Shown here one piece after another: positions 46,720 to 56,091 of a stretch of 64,000 nucleotides of DNA. Below the pieces are notes generated by a model. The model saw only the letters and a list, made by a program, of their open reading frames with translations, did no database searches and was not told where the DNA came from. Position 1 is the first letter of the stretch, and every line of letters begins with the position of its first letter. The translations under genes were made by a program, and so were the position numbers. Origin of the DNA: Methanobacterium sp. (lineage in GTDB: Archaea; Methanobacteriota; Methanobacteria; Methanobacteriales; Methanobacteriaceae); NCBI GenBank assembly GCA_049706655.1, contig JBNAKM010000003.1, forward strand, positions 121,587 to 185,586. The letters run 5' to 3'.

Positions 46720-47199
46720 ATGATAACTGTTGAAGAGGCCATGCAGAAAAATGTTATAAAATTTAAAGATGTAGACACAATAAGCTATGTTTCAAATGTT
46801 TTAAGAGAAAAAAAGATTAGTGGAGCTCCAATAGTTGATGATGATAATAAAGTAATGGGCATTGTAAGTGAAGGGGACATCATGAGACTAATTGAAGTCC
46901 ATTCTCCAAATGTAAACTTAATTTTACCCGCACCTCTTGATTTAATAGAACTTCCCGTTAGAATGAGACTTGAACTTGACGAACTTGCAGAAGGAGTTGC
47001 AAAAGCTGGTTCTGTTTTAGTAGGCGAAATAATGACTAAAAAAGTTTACAGTGTTAAAAAAGATGTCTCTATTTCAGATGCTGCTAAATTAATGGAGAAA
47101 TATGATATAAACAGACTCCCAGTTCTTGATAATGATAAATTGGTTGGAATAATAACAAGGGGAGATATTATTGGTGCTTTGGTGAAAAAGGATGAGTAA
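46720..47199 (+). CDS. CBS-domain pair protein
   Basis: VEEAM, ISGAPIVD..MGIVSEGD, INRLPVLD..VGIITRGD; ATG at 46720 behind GGAGTG. Confidence 0.92.
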   Translation: MITVEEAMQKNVIKFKDVDTISYVSNVLREKKISGAPIVDDDNKVMGIVSEGDIMRLIEVHSPNVNLILPAPLDLIELPVRMRLELDELAEGVAKAGSVLVGEIMTKKVYSVKKDVSISDAAKLMEKYDINRLPVLDNDKLVGIITRGDIIGALVKKDE

Positions 47200-47989
47200 G
47201 ACTAAAAGAATTGCTATTTATGGTAAAGGAGGAATTGGAAAGTCTACAATTGTTTCCAATATTGCTGCAGCATACTCTGAAGATCATAATGTCCTTGTAA
47301 TTGGTTGTGATCCTAAAGCAGATACTACAAGAACTCTTGCAGGTAAAAGGATTCCCACAATCCTTGATATTGTTAAAGAAAAGAAAAATGCCACTACTGA
47401 AGATATTATTTATTCAGGATTTGGTGAAGTACAGTGCGTAGAAAGTGGGGGGCCTGAACCCGGTGTTGGATGCGCTGGAAGAGGTGTTATTGTAGCCATG
47501 AAACTTCTAGAGAAGCTTGGAACCTTTTCAGATGATGTAGATATTATTATTTACGATGTCCTTGGAGATGTGGTCTGCGGAGGATTTGCGGTCCCATTGA
47601 GGGAAGATTTTGCTGATGAAGTTTATATAGTTACATCGGGGGAATACATGGCATTATATGCAGCTAATAATATTTGTAGAGGCATGAAAAAGCTTAAAAG
47701 TAATTTGGGTGGAATAATCTGCAATTGCAGGGGAATAGAAAATGAAGTTGAAATTGTAAGTGAATTTGCAAATAGTGTTGGAAGCAAAGTTATTGGAGTA
47801 ATTCCGAGAAATGAAATAGTTCAAAAAAGTGAAGTTGATGCAAAAACTGTTATTGAGAAATATGGAGATTCTAAACAGGCAGATTTATATAGAAAACTTG
47901 CAAAATCCGTTTATTCAAATGAAAACTTTGTTATTCCCGAACCTATGGATATAGACGAATTTGATGAGTTTTTTAGGAAATTCCAATAG
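47192..47989 (+). CDS. cfbC: NifH-like reductase CfbC (Ni-sirohydrochlorin a,c-diamide reductive cyclase, coenzyme F430 pathway)
   Basis: YGKGGIGKST, GCDPKAD, PGVGCAGRG, DVLGDVVCGGFA; short (265 aa) with no nifDK or nifI neighbours. Confidence 0.85.
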   Translation: MSKTKRIAIYGKGGIGKSTIVSNIAAAYSEDHNVLVIGCDPKADTTRTLAGKRIPTILDIVKEKKNATTEDIIYSGFGEVQCVESGGPEPGVGCAGRGVIVAMKLLEKLGTFSDDVDIIIYDVLGDVVCGGFAVPLREDFADEVYIVTSGEYMALYAANNICRGMKKLKSNLGGIICNCRGIENEVEIVSEFANSVGSKVIGVIPRNEIVQKSEVDAKTVIEKYGDSKQADLYRKLAKSVYSNENFVIPEPMDIDEFDEFFRKFQ

Positions 47990-47995
47990 TTAGTA

Positions 47996-48493
47996 CTAAT
48001 TTATTGTTGTTACAATAGTATCAACAGCTTTATCTATTTCTTTTCTAAATGTGCTCTGTTTTTTAGAATTCCAACCTGAAAAACCCCAGCTTACTAAACA
48101 ATAATATTTATTGTTTTTTTGGAAGAAATATTGGTCTTCAATATCTCCATTAGTGTTACTTATTGTTTTTATTATATTGACATTAATTCCATTAGTTTTT
48201 CTATTTAGTTTCTGTATGTTATAATCATTTTTATTTATGTTTATTGCGTTATTGTAAGCAGAATTAAATTTTTCTGCACTTAATTCAACTACTCGAATAC
48301 GTGGATCGCCCTTCATCCAGATTACCGTTCCTTTTCCGGGCATTGGATGCACTTCCCATCCTTCTGGCATTTGAAAATTAACATAATCGCTTCCATATAC
48401 TTCGGAATCTTTTTTTGAAGGTGTACTGTTTGTACAACCAAAAATAGCTGTTGTCATTAGGATAATTATTAAAATTATAATTTCATTCTTCAT
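47996..48493 (-). CDS. Probable lipoprotein, PsbP/Mog1-like fold
   Basis: Hydrophobic leader ending AIFGC, VNFQMPEGW motif, C-terminal DTIVTTI. Confidence 0.65.
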   Translation of the reverse strand: MKNEIIILIIILMTTAIFGCTNSTPSKKDSEVYGSDYVNFQMPEGWEVHPMPGKGTVIWMKGDPRIRVVELSAEKFNSAYNNAININKNDYNIQKLNRKTNGINVNIIKTISNTNGDIEDQYFFQKNNKYYCLVSWGFSGWNSKKQSTFRKEIDKAVDTIVTTIN

Positions 48494-48695
48494 TTGAACC
48501 AAACTATATTATGTTAATAATTTTATATATTATTTATCCTAACTTTATATTTCTAAATTTGAATAGTCTATTGGAATTAAACTATTTATAAAAAAGCAAA
48601 ATTTTTTAGTTACTAAACATATTCTTAAATATGTAATTAAGTATTAATCTTGAAATAATGAATAAAATTAATATAAAAAGTCATTTTAGAAGAAA

Positions 48696-49118
48696 TTAAG
48701 TCCTTATTTTTTCTATATTTAAATTTAGATTATTAAAAGAATTTAAAACTATTTCTTTTGTTTTTTTTAGATTTTTAAAATAAAATAGATGCGAGTTACA
48801 CTTACAATCGGAACATCCAAATTTTTCAACTGCACCTCCTTCTTTTGAAATTTCATTTGCGATACTACATTCCCACTTATCAGGGCTTCTTTCAAGTATA
48901 ACTTCTTTTATAGAGGCATTTGGAGAATTTAAAAGGTAGTCAATATGCCAGAAAAGCTTTTTTTCTAAGCTTAAATGCCTTTTAATTCTACTATCAATTG
49001 AATTAAGTGCAGAACCTACATAAACATAATAACCTTTTTTAAAGTCTATTGTTCCCATCTTTCCTACTGAAATATTTGAATCTTCGCATAATTTGATAAT
49101 CAGGCAATAAGTGGCCAT
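48696..49118 (-). CDS. GIY-YIG (DUF123/Uri-type) nuclease
   Basis: GYYVYVGSA, RIKRH, WHIDYLL, FGCSDCKCNSHLFY. Confidence 0.9.
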   Translation of the reverse strand: MATYCLIIKLCEDSNISVGKMGTIDFKKGYYVYVGSALNSIDSRIKRHLSLEKKLFWHIDYLLNSPNASIKEVILERSPDKWECSIANEISKEGGAVEKFGCSDCKCNSHLFYFKNLKKTKEIVLNSFNNLNLNIEKIRT

Positions 49119-49129
49119 ATTAACACCAT

Positions 49130-49750
49130 TTAGTCATTGTAACAAGGAATGCAGATAAATTTATCATTAATTTTCTTTATTCTATGTTCTGAAACCAGTT
49201 CGCCACATTTTGCACATTCTACAGATTTAAATATATTTGCCTTTTTAGGAACTTCAAGTTTTATGTGTTCTACGTTGAAAATTTCTTCATCATCAAGATT
49301 TATAATAGCTTTGGATACACTTTCAAGACGCTTATTTAGTTCATCTTTTTCATCTTCACTGGCATCACCTGATTTTACCTTCTGGCGAAGTTTATTTAAG
49401 TGGGGATCAATATTTTCCACACTGAAAGATTTTTTCATTGATATTCTTACTACATCTTCAGTTTCACGTTTTATGAAAGTATATGCTTGTTTACCGTAAT
49501 CAAGGAATATAAGATTACCTTTACCAAAGGTACACCCAGTTAATACTTGAATTGCGTCTACTGCGCAAGTATCATTTTCTGTTATACAAACCATTTCTTC
49601 ATCTTGGCTTTGACCTTTTAAAAGTTCTTTAATTGCTATTTCTGCAGCTTTATATCCAATAGCAGATCCTGGACATACATGTCCATGAAATGCGGTGACC
49701 TCTGAAAAAGGTTTAATTTTATAATTTGAATTATTGTTTGTGATTTGCAT
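49130..49750 (-). CDS. FmdE/FwdE-family protein with C-terminal zinc finger
   Basis: FHGHVCPGSAIG, ENDTCAVDAIQ..TGCTFGKGN, CAKCGE...CIPC. Confidence 0.93.
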   Translation of the reverse strand: MQITNNNSNYKIKPFSEVTAFHGHVCPGSAIGYKAAEIAIKELLKGQSQDEEMVCITENDTCAVDAIQVLTGCTFGKGNLIFLDYGKQAYTFIKRETEDVVRISMKKSFSVENIDPHLNKLRQKVKSGDASEDEKDELNKRLESVSKAIINLDDEEIFNVEHIKLEVPKKANIFKSVECAKCGELVSEHRIKKINDKFICIPCYND

Positions 49751-49975
49751 GATATCATTTTATTTTTAGTTATAATAGTATTTTGTTTGCTAAAATGGTG
49801 CTTTAATTAATGATTTTATAGGAGTAACTATGTTTTTGCTATGTAGAGAATTCCAGGAATTAAAATAGTATTTAATATATTCTTGAGCGGGGTATTATAA
49901 AATATTCCTTAAACTATTAAATAGTATTTTGAAGATAAACTGAATTTACTTATTTAAAATTTAAGAGGAGATTTA

Positions 49976-50389
49976 ATGGAATACGTTTTTTATGCTAAAG
50001 GTCATCCTAACGTTACATCAGCTCATAGATCTACATTTGAAGTAACTATGGATAAAGAAATTGGAATAAAGGCAGATTGCATTATAGGAGTTTCATCCAA
50101 GACTAAACTTCAAGATTTCCCTGCTGAACTTCGGGAATCCATAAAAAATGAAAGTAGTATTATAAAAATTCAGCTTGAAACGGAAAATGCCTTTGATGAA
50201 ATTACTGGGTACGGAAATCATGAATTAACTTTAGATCACCCGACAGATATGGTTTGCAGAAAAAGTGACTACATTTGTAGCAGAACATTGATGATAAAAG
50301 CTGATAAAGCTGCAATTGATCTTAAAAGAGAACTTGTTGATGATTTAAAAAAAGGAAAAGATTTAAAGGTTAAAATAATTGTTGATTAA
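49976..50389 (+). CDS. DUF371-family protein
   Basis: GHPNVTSAHRSTFEVT, DCIIGV, RKSDYICSRTL, ADKAAIDL. Confidence 0.88.
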   Translation: MEYVFYAKGHPNVTSAHRSTFEVTMDKEIGIKADCIIGVSSKTKLQDFPAELRESIKNESSIIKIQLETENAFDEITGYGNHELTLDHPTDMVCRKSDYICSRTLMIKADKAAIDLKRELVDDLKKGKDLKVKIIVD

Positions 50390-50525
50390 ATGGAGAAATA
50401 GTTATAGGGAAATTATCAACACTTTTTTTCAGATTTTTATGTTTTTAACTATAAAATTATAAAGAAAAGTTAAAATACCTTAGTTCTAGATTATTTCAAT
50501 CAATAAAAACTTTTGAGATAGTTCT

Positions 50526-51206
50526 TTAGTTATAAATCTTAAAAATGGAGTCAAACAATCGATTAGTGTTATTATACACCTCATCATTTCCTTTTAATCC
50601 TGGAATCTCATAGACAATTACTGAAGTTCCTGTAGAGACCATAGGATAGTCAACCGCATTAATTGATGATTGTTCCGGACTTTTATTTACATTCTGTTGG
50701 TAATAATTGAAATCTGGCAAAAGACTATGAATAGATTCTGCTGAACTTATAGATTTATTATCCATCGTTGGAGTAGCTAAATAATATCCTTTTCCATAAC
50801 CAGGCACGTGGTTATGACAAATAATTACTAGATTATAGTTTGATTTCTTGATATCTGGAATTACATATTTAGCTACAAGAGATTCGCCATTTTGTCTACC
50901 TATTTGGAAGTTTTCCGGCTGATCAGTAACGTTAATTTGATAATTAACAATTTCAACATTATGTTTATTTACATAATCTTTTATAACTTCTGGAACAACG
51001 TTTTTAGCTGAAATTTCCCGTGGATGCATTCCAGTAATAATTGCTATTTTGAGACCAGAATCCGAATGTCCATATGTATTTTTGATAACTAATCCTTTAT
51101 TATCTGAGCCAAGAATGTTATTACTTGCCTGATTGGAATTAGTTCCTAAGAGTAATCCTGATGCGATTGTTAGGATAATCATTAGTATTATTAGTTTTAA
51201 TTTCAT
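50526..51206 (-). CDS. Exported protein with zinc-carboxypeptidase (M14)-like motifs
   Basis: N-terminal hydrophobic leader; ITGMHPRE (HxxE), VIICHNH, VYEIP. Confidence 0.6.
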   Translation of the reverse strand: MKLKLIILMIILTIASGLLLGTNSNQASNNILGSDNKGLVIKNTYGHSDSGLKIAIITGMHPREISAKNVVPEVIKDYVNKHNVEIVNYQINVTDQPENFQIGRQNGESLVAKYVIPDIKKSNYNLVIICHNHVPGYGKGYYLATPTMDNKSISSAESIHSLLPDFNYYQQNVNKSPEQSSINAVDYPMVSTGTSVIVYEIPGLKGNDEVYNNTNRLFDSIFKIYN

Positions 51207-51562
51207 TTCATATCACTATGTTATATAATAAGAATAAAATTGATTTTTAATTGAGAATTATTTTTTTATTAAATAAGTTTAACCATTTGATATCATACAT
51301 CTATTTTATAAAATAAATTACTTTTTAATTAGTAAATTTAATCTAAGTTATAAGATTTTTAGTCCTTAAAAATAATTAAAATAGTTACTTGAAGCTAGAA
51401 AAAAAAAATTTCAAAATCGTTTTTCTAACAAAATTTTAATTTACTAGATTTCAGATATTTATATTCAAAATAAAATCTTTAATAGATAACTTAGATATTT
51501 CAATGATATAGTTATATTTACCATGTTTATATTTTATGTTGATTATCAGTATGGATGGTACT

Positions 51563-51757
51563 ATGGAACACATAGAAATTCTTAGAAAAGAAATAGAACT
51601 TTTAAAAGAAAAATCAGACAATTTAAATACATGTGATGAAACTTGCGAGAAGTTACAAGAAGAAATTGAAGCATTAATCCAAGAGCTTGAGGAAGTTAAT
51701 CAAGATTTAGAGATTAAAATTAGATATAAAAAAGCATGTATTGATTTAACAAAATAG
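51563..51757 (+). CDS. Small acidic coiled-coil protein
   Basis: E/K-rich heptad pattern with central CDETC; start uncertain (51536-51563). Confidence 0.6.
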   Translation: MEHIEILRKEIELLKEKSDNLNTCDETCEKLQEEIEALIQELEEVNQDLEIKIRYKKACIDLTK

Positions 51758-51792
51758 AAACTCATTTTAAATGTTTTGAATTTTAAAAAGTT

Positions 51793-51879
<87 letters not shown>

Positions 51880-51931
51880 AAATTCAAATGTTAAGTTAAC
51901 ATGAGAACATACCATAATCTCTATGTTTACC

Positions 51932-51946
51932 TATTTAAATGTTTTC
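51932..51946 (-). promoter_or_regulatory. BRE/TATA promoter of tRNA-Leu
   Basis: Minus strand GAAAACATTTAAATA, about 50 nt upstream of the tRNA 5' end. Confidence 0.55.
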
Positions 51947-52023
51947 ATTTAGCTAACAATTTTTAATACTTTAAATTATCATTGCATTAAAAAAATTAAA
52001 GAAAATTAGTAAAAAATAATAAA

Positions 52024-52152
52024 TTAATCTTGTTTTTTCATGGGCTGCTGGCAGCATACTATTGCGCATTCATCACAGCCGCATGGCTCTTCCACGACGA
52101 CAACCATTCCACATTCTTCACATTTATATTTTTCACCTTTTTCTGATGCCAT
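52024..52152 (-). CDS. 42-aa desulforedoxin-like Cys-rich protein (not in ORF track)
   Basis: MASEKGEKYKCEECGMVVVVEEPCGCDECAIVCCQQPMKKQD; strong SD AGGTGA; CxxCG...CCxxPM signature. Confidence 0.85.
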   Translation of the reverse strand: MASEKGEKYKCEECGMVVVVEEPCGCDECAIVCCQQPMKKQD

Positions 52153-52252
52153 TTTATCACCTTTATTATTTAATTTAGTTATTAGTATTATGTAATAAAT
52201 TATAAATTAAATTATCATTGATATAAATTAAAAGATTAAAAGGTATTTTCCC

Positions 52253-52540
52253 ATGAAAGCTGTTAAAGAAGTTGATGATGGTATTTTGGTAGATATAGAA
52301 GTTTCTACAAAGTCAAATAAGTTTGAAATTTCGGGATATAATGAATGGAGAGAAAGAATCGAAATCAGGATAAAATCACCTCCTCTTAAAGGTAAAGCAA
52401 ATAAAGAAATAATTCAATATTTTTCAAAACTTACTAAAAAACATATTGAATTAATTACAGGACATAAAAATCAGTTAAAGACTTTAAAAATATATAATAT
52501 TTCTAAAAAGGAATTTCTTAAAATTTTAGATACATTCTAA
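52253..52540 (+). CDS. DUF167 / UPF0235 (YggU-like) protein
   Basis: IRIKSPPLKGKANKEII, LITGHKNQLK. Confidence 0.9.
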   Translation: MKAVKEVDDGILVDIEVSTKSNKFEISGYNEWRERIEIRIKSPPLKGKANKEIIQYFSKLTKKHIELITGHKNQLKTLKIYNISKKEFLKILDTF

Positions 52541-52688
52541 TAACTATTTATTAAAATCCCATTTTATAGAATAATAATGTGTTAAAATTCTGCAATTTAA
52601 TACTAAAAAAGTTTATAAGACATCTGAGTTTATTTATAATATACGATTAACTAAATAGATTTTATGTAAATTAAAAAGGTGAAATTAT

Positions 52689-53537
52689 ATGAAAGCGGTG
52701 ATACCAGCTGCTGGACTTGGTACTAGATTTTTACCCGCCACAAAAGCGCAGCCAAAGGAAATGCTCCCAGTTTTTAACAAGCCAACAATACAATATGTGG
52801 TAGAAGAAGCAGTATCTTCAGGAATTGATGATATTTTAATTATAACCGGAAAAGGAAAGCGTTCAATTGAAGATCATTTTGATAGATCTTTTGAGTTAGA
52901 ATATTTCTTAAAAAATGGCGGAAAAACTGATTATCTTAAGGAAGTAGAATCCATATCTGAGCTAGCTGATATTTATTATGTCAGGCAAAAAAAGCAAAAA
53001 GGATTAGGTGATGCAATTTCATGTGCTAAAAAACATATTGATGGAGAACCGTTTGCAGTTTTATTGGGCGATACAATAGCCCAATCAAGAGTACCATGTA
53101 CAAAGCAATTAATGAATGTCTATGATAAATATGAATCTACAGTAATTGCCATTGAAGAAGTTCCCGATGAAAGAGTAGAGAGATATGGAATTATTGATGG
53201 AACTAAAATTGACAATTCACTTTATAAAATTAATGATCTTGTAGAAAAACCTAAATTAAAGGACGCACCATCTAATTTAGGGATTTTAGGTCGATATATA
53301 TTAACTCCTGAAATATTTGACTATATAAATGAAATTCCTCCGGGTGTTGGGGGTGAAATTCAACTTACTGATGCTCTAAGGCTTTTTGATGAAAGTTATG
53401 GTTGTATTTTTAATGGTAAACTTCATGATATTGGAAATACAGTAGATTGGCTTAAAAGCTCCATAGAAATTGCACTTGAAAATGATGATGTTAATGGAGA
53501 ATTACGAGAATATTTAGCAAACATACTGCTGAAATAA
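52689..53537 (+). CDS. galU: UTP--glucose-1-phosphate uridylyltransferase
   Basis: AVIPAAGLGTRFLPATKAQPKEMLP, GLGDA, VEKP, GEIQLTDA. Confidence 0.97.
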   Translation: MKAVIPAAGLGTRFLPATKAQPKEMLPVFNKPTIQYVVEEAVSSGIDDILIITGKGKRSIEDHFDRSFELEYFLKNGGKTDYLKEVESISELADIYYVRQKKQKGLGDAISCAKKHIDGEPFAVLLGDTIAQSRVPCTKQLMNVYDKYESTVIAIEEVPDERVERYGIIDGTKIDNSLYKINDLVEKPKLKDAPSNLGILGRYILTPEIFDYINEIPPGVGGEIQLTDALRLFDESYGCIFNGKLHDIGNTVDWLKSSIEIALENDDVNGELREYLANILLK

Positions 53538-53679
53538 TTCTTTTTTAATTTTTTTTTATTTTTAATATTGCTTTTTTTAAAATGATATAATAAATTATTT
53601 AAGTTATATTGGCAAAAGTGAGACTATACTTGATTATTTACTATTAAAATATTATTTAAAATGAAATAAGTGTGATTTT

Positions 53680-54801
53680 ATGATGATTTCAATTGTTATT
53701 CCAGCCTTAAATGAAGAAGGAATTGTTGGAAAAACTGTTAAAATGGTTCCAGTTCAAAAACTAAAAGAAAACGGATTTGATGTAGAAATAGTTGTTGTAG
53801 ATAACGCATCAACAGATAATACTGCTCAAGAAGCACGTGAAGCAGGAGCAAGAGTAGTATTTGGAGAAAAAAGAGGATATGGTAATGCTTACTTAAAAGG
53901 ATTTAGTGAAGCAAAAGGAGATATTATTGTAATGGGCGATGCAGACGGTACTTATCCTTTTGAAATGACTTATGAATTCATTCAGCCAATTGTGAATGGT
54001 GAAGCAGATTTTGTAATGGGTTCTAGACTTAAAGGAGATATAAAAGAGGGGGCAATGCCTGCATTACATAAATATATTGGTAATCCATTTCTAACCTGGT
54101 TATTGAATGCTTTATTTAAAGCAGGTATTTCTGATTCTCACTGTGGAATGAGGGCGATAAAAAAAGAAACAATCAAATTATTAGACCTTAAAAGTCCTGG
54201 AATGGAATTTGCATCAGAAATGGTTATTGAAGCTGCTAGAAAAAATGTTAAAATAGCTGAAATACCAATTAACTACTATCCTAGAGAAGGTGAATCAAAG
54301 CTCAGTTCTTTTACTGATGGCTGGAGACATGTTCGATTTATGATGCTTTACAGACCTACTCCTTTTCTTTTAGTGCCAGGTATTATAGTTCTAATTATGG
54401 GATTAGCTTTCTTTATAGGAGTTATTTTACAACAATATAGGATGCATTCTCTAATTTTAGGAAGTTTACTTCTTTTAATTGGATATCAGATGCTTTTGGC
54501 TTGGATACAATTTGGCGCATTTGGAGCAGCCTATGGAATTACAAGAACTTCCCCAATAATAAAAAAAATCATGAATTATCATTCACTTGGTAGAGAATTG
54601 GGAGTAGGGTTACTATTGCTTTTAGCAGGTGCTGCTGTTGGAATTAAAGTATTAATCAGCTGGAGTGCAGTTGGTTTTGGATCTCTTTCTCAGATTCAAT
54701 ATGCAGTAATGGCAATGATATTATCTATTTTAGGAATTCAGACAATATTTTCTGGAATGTTTTTAAGTCTTTTACTGCTAAACAATCGATGTGAAGAATA
54801 A
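53680..54801 (+). CDS. GT2 glycosyltransferase (polyprenol-phosphate glycosyltransferase-like) with C-terminal TM helices
   Basis: [34 protein letters not shown]; hydrophobic C-terminus. Confidence 0.92.
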   Translation: MMISIVIPALNEEGIVGKTVKMVPVQKLKENGFDVEIVVVDNASTDNTAQEAREAGARVVFGEKRGYGNAYLKGFSEAKGDIIVMGDADGTYPFEMTYEFIQPIVNGEADFVMGSRLKGDIKEGAMPALHKYIGNPFLTWLLNALFKAGISDSHCGMRAIKKETIKLLDLKSPGMEFASEMVIEAARKNVKIAEIPINYYPREGESKLSSFTDGWRHVRFMMLYRPTPFLLVPGIIVLIMGLAFFIGVILQQYRMHSLILGSLLLLIGYQMLLAWIQFGAFGAAYGITRTSPIIKKIMNYHSLGRELGVGLLLLLAGAAVGIKVLISWSAVGFGSLSQIQYAVMAMILSILGIQTIFSGMFLSLLLLNNRCEE

Positions 54802-54948
54802 ACTGGTTAGAAGTCCATAATTTTCTATTTATTGAAAATTAAAGTCTAATAAACTTTTAAATTAAAGCGTTTATAAGTTCTATGTCTGTTAAATAGATTT
54901 TCTAAAAAATAAAGTTGTCTATATTTTAAGGTATTTGTGAGGATTGAA

Positions 54949-56082
54949 ATGAAAATAGCTTTTATTTATGATGCTGTTTATCCATTTGTAACTGGTGGAG
55001 CAGAAAAAAGAATTTATGAACTTGCTAGAAGACTTATTTTAAAAGGTCATGAAGTGCACTGGTATGGAATTGGTTGGTGGTGGCCAGAGGAAGGAAAAAG
55101 AGATATTGAATTTGATGGCATAAAACTGCATGGTGTTTGTAAGCCCATGGATCTTTATAACAATGGCAGGAGATCTATAAAAGAGGCTATAGTTTTTGCT
55201 TTAAAATTATTTCCTAAATTAAAGCAAGAAAAATTTGATATTATTGATTGTCAGGGTTTTCCCTTTTTTTCTTGCTTTACAGCAAAATTTTACTCTTTAT
55301 ACAATAAATCTGATCTTGTAATCACATTGCATGAGGTCTGGAATGATTACTGGTATGAATATCTAGGAAAAGCAGGAATTTTTGGTAAATTAATTGAAAA
55401 AATAGTGGTTAATTTATCCAGTAATATAATTGTTGTTTCTGAAAAGACCAAAAAAGATCTTAAAAAAATAAGAGATTCAGAAAATTCTGTAATTATCCCA
55501 AATGGCATCGACTTTGAAGAAATTAATAATATAGAACCTGGAGATCAAAAATCAGATATTATATTTGCTGGAAGGCTAATTAAAGATAAAAATGTTGATT
55601 TATTAATTAAAACTATAGGAATTATAATTAAAGAAAAAGCTGAAATAAGATGTTTGATTATTGGAGATGGACCTGAAAAAAAGAAATTAATTAATCTAGC
55701 TGAAAAACATAAACTTCAAGATAATATTATATTTAAAGGATTTTTAGATGATCATAAGGATCTATTTAAATATATGAAATCTTCAAAAGTTTTTGTACTT
55801 CCTTCTAAAAGGGAAGGTTTTGGGATGGTTGTAATTGAAGCGAATGCTTGCGGTCTACCTGTAGTTGTTATAGATTATAAAATGAATGCTGCAACTGATC
55901 TTATAACTGATGATATAAATGGATTTGTATCTGGCCCTTCATATGAAGAAATTGCACATAAAATCCTTGAATCGCTAGATAAAAGGGAAAAAATGCAGTA
56001 TAAATGTATTGAGAAATCTAAAGAGTATGATTGGAATAAAATTGTAGATTCATTGGAAAAATATTATAAAAATCTAATTTAA
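54949..56082 (+). CDS. GT4 glycosyltransferase
   Basis: GGAEKR, IPNGID, AGRL..KN, EGFGMVVIEANACG. Confidence 0.95.
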   Translation: MKIAFIYDAVYPFVTGGAEKRIYELARRLILKGHEVHWYGIGWWWPEEGKRDIEFDGIKLHGVCKPMDLYNNGRRSIKEAIVFALKLFPKLKQEKFDIIDCQGFPFFSCFTAKFYSLYNKSDLVITLHEVWNDYWYEYLGKAGIFGKLIEKIVVNLSSNIIVVSEKTKKDLKKIRDSENSVIIPNGIDFEEINNIEPGDQKSDIIFAGRLIKDKNVDLLIKTIGIIIKEKAEIRCLIIGDGPEKKKLINLAEKHKLQDNIIFKGFLDDHKDLFKYMKSSKVFVLPSKREGFGMVVIEANACGLPVVVIDYKMNAATDLITDDINGFVSGPSYEEIAHKILESLDKREKMQYKCIEKSKEYDWNKIVDSLEKYYKNLI

Positions 56083-56091
56083 ATCTAATAA

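Noticed and set aside
47192-47989. nifH as evidence of nitrogen fixation
   Set aside because: No nifD, nifK or nifI genes nearby; length and context fit the F430 enzyme CfbC.
51399-51408. A10 homopolymer as a phase-variation tract
   Set aside because: It is intergenic in very AT-rich DNA and not in a coding frame or an evident promoter spacer.
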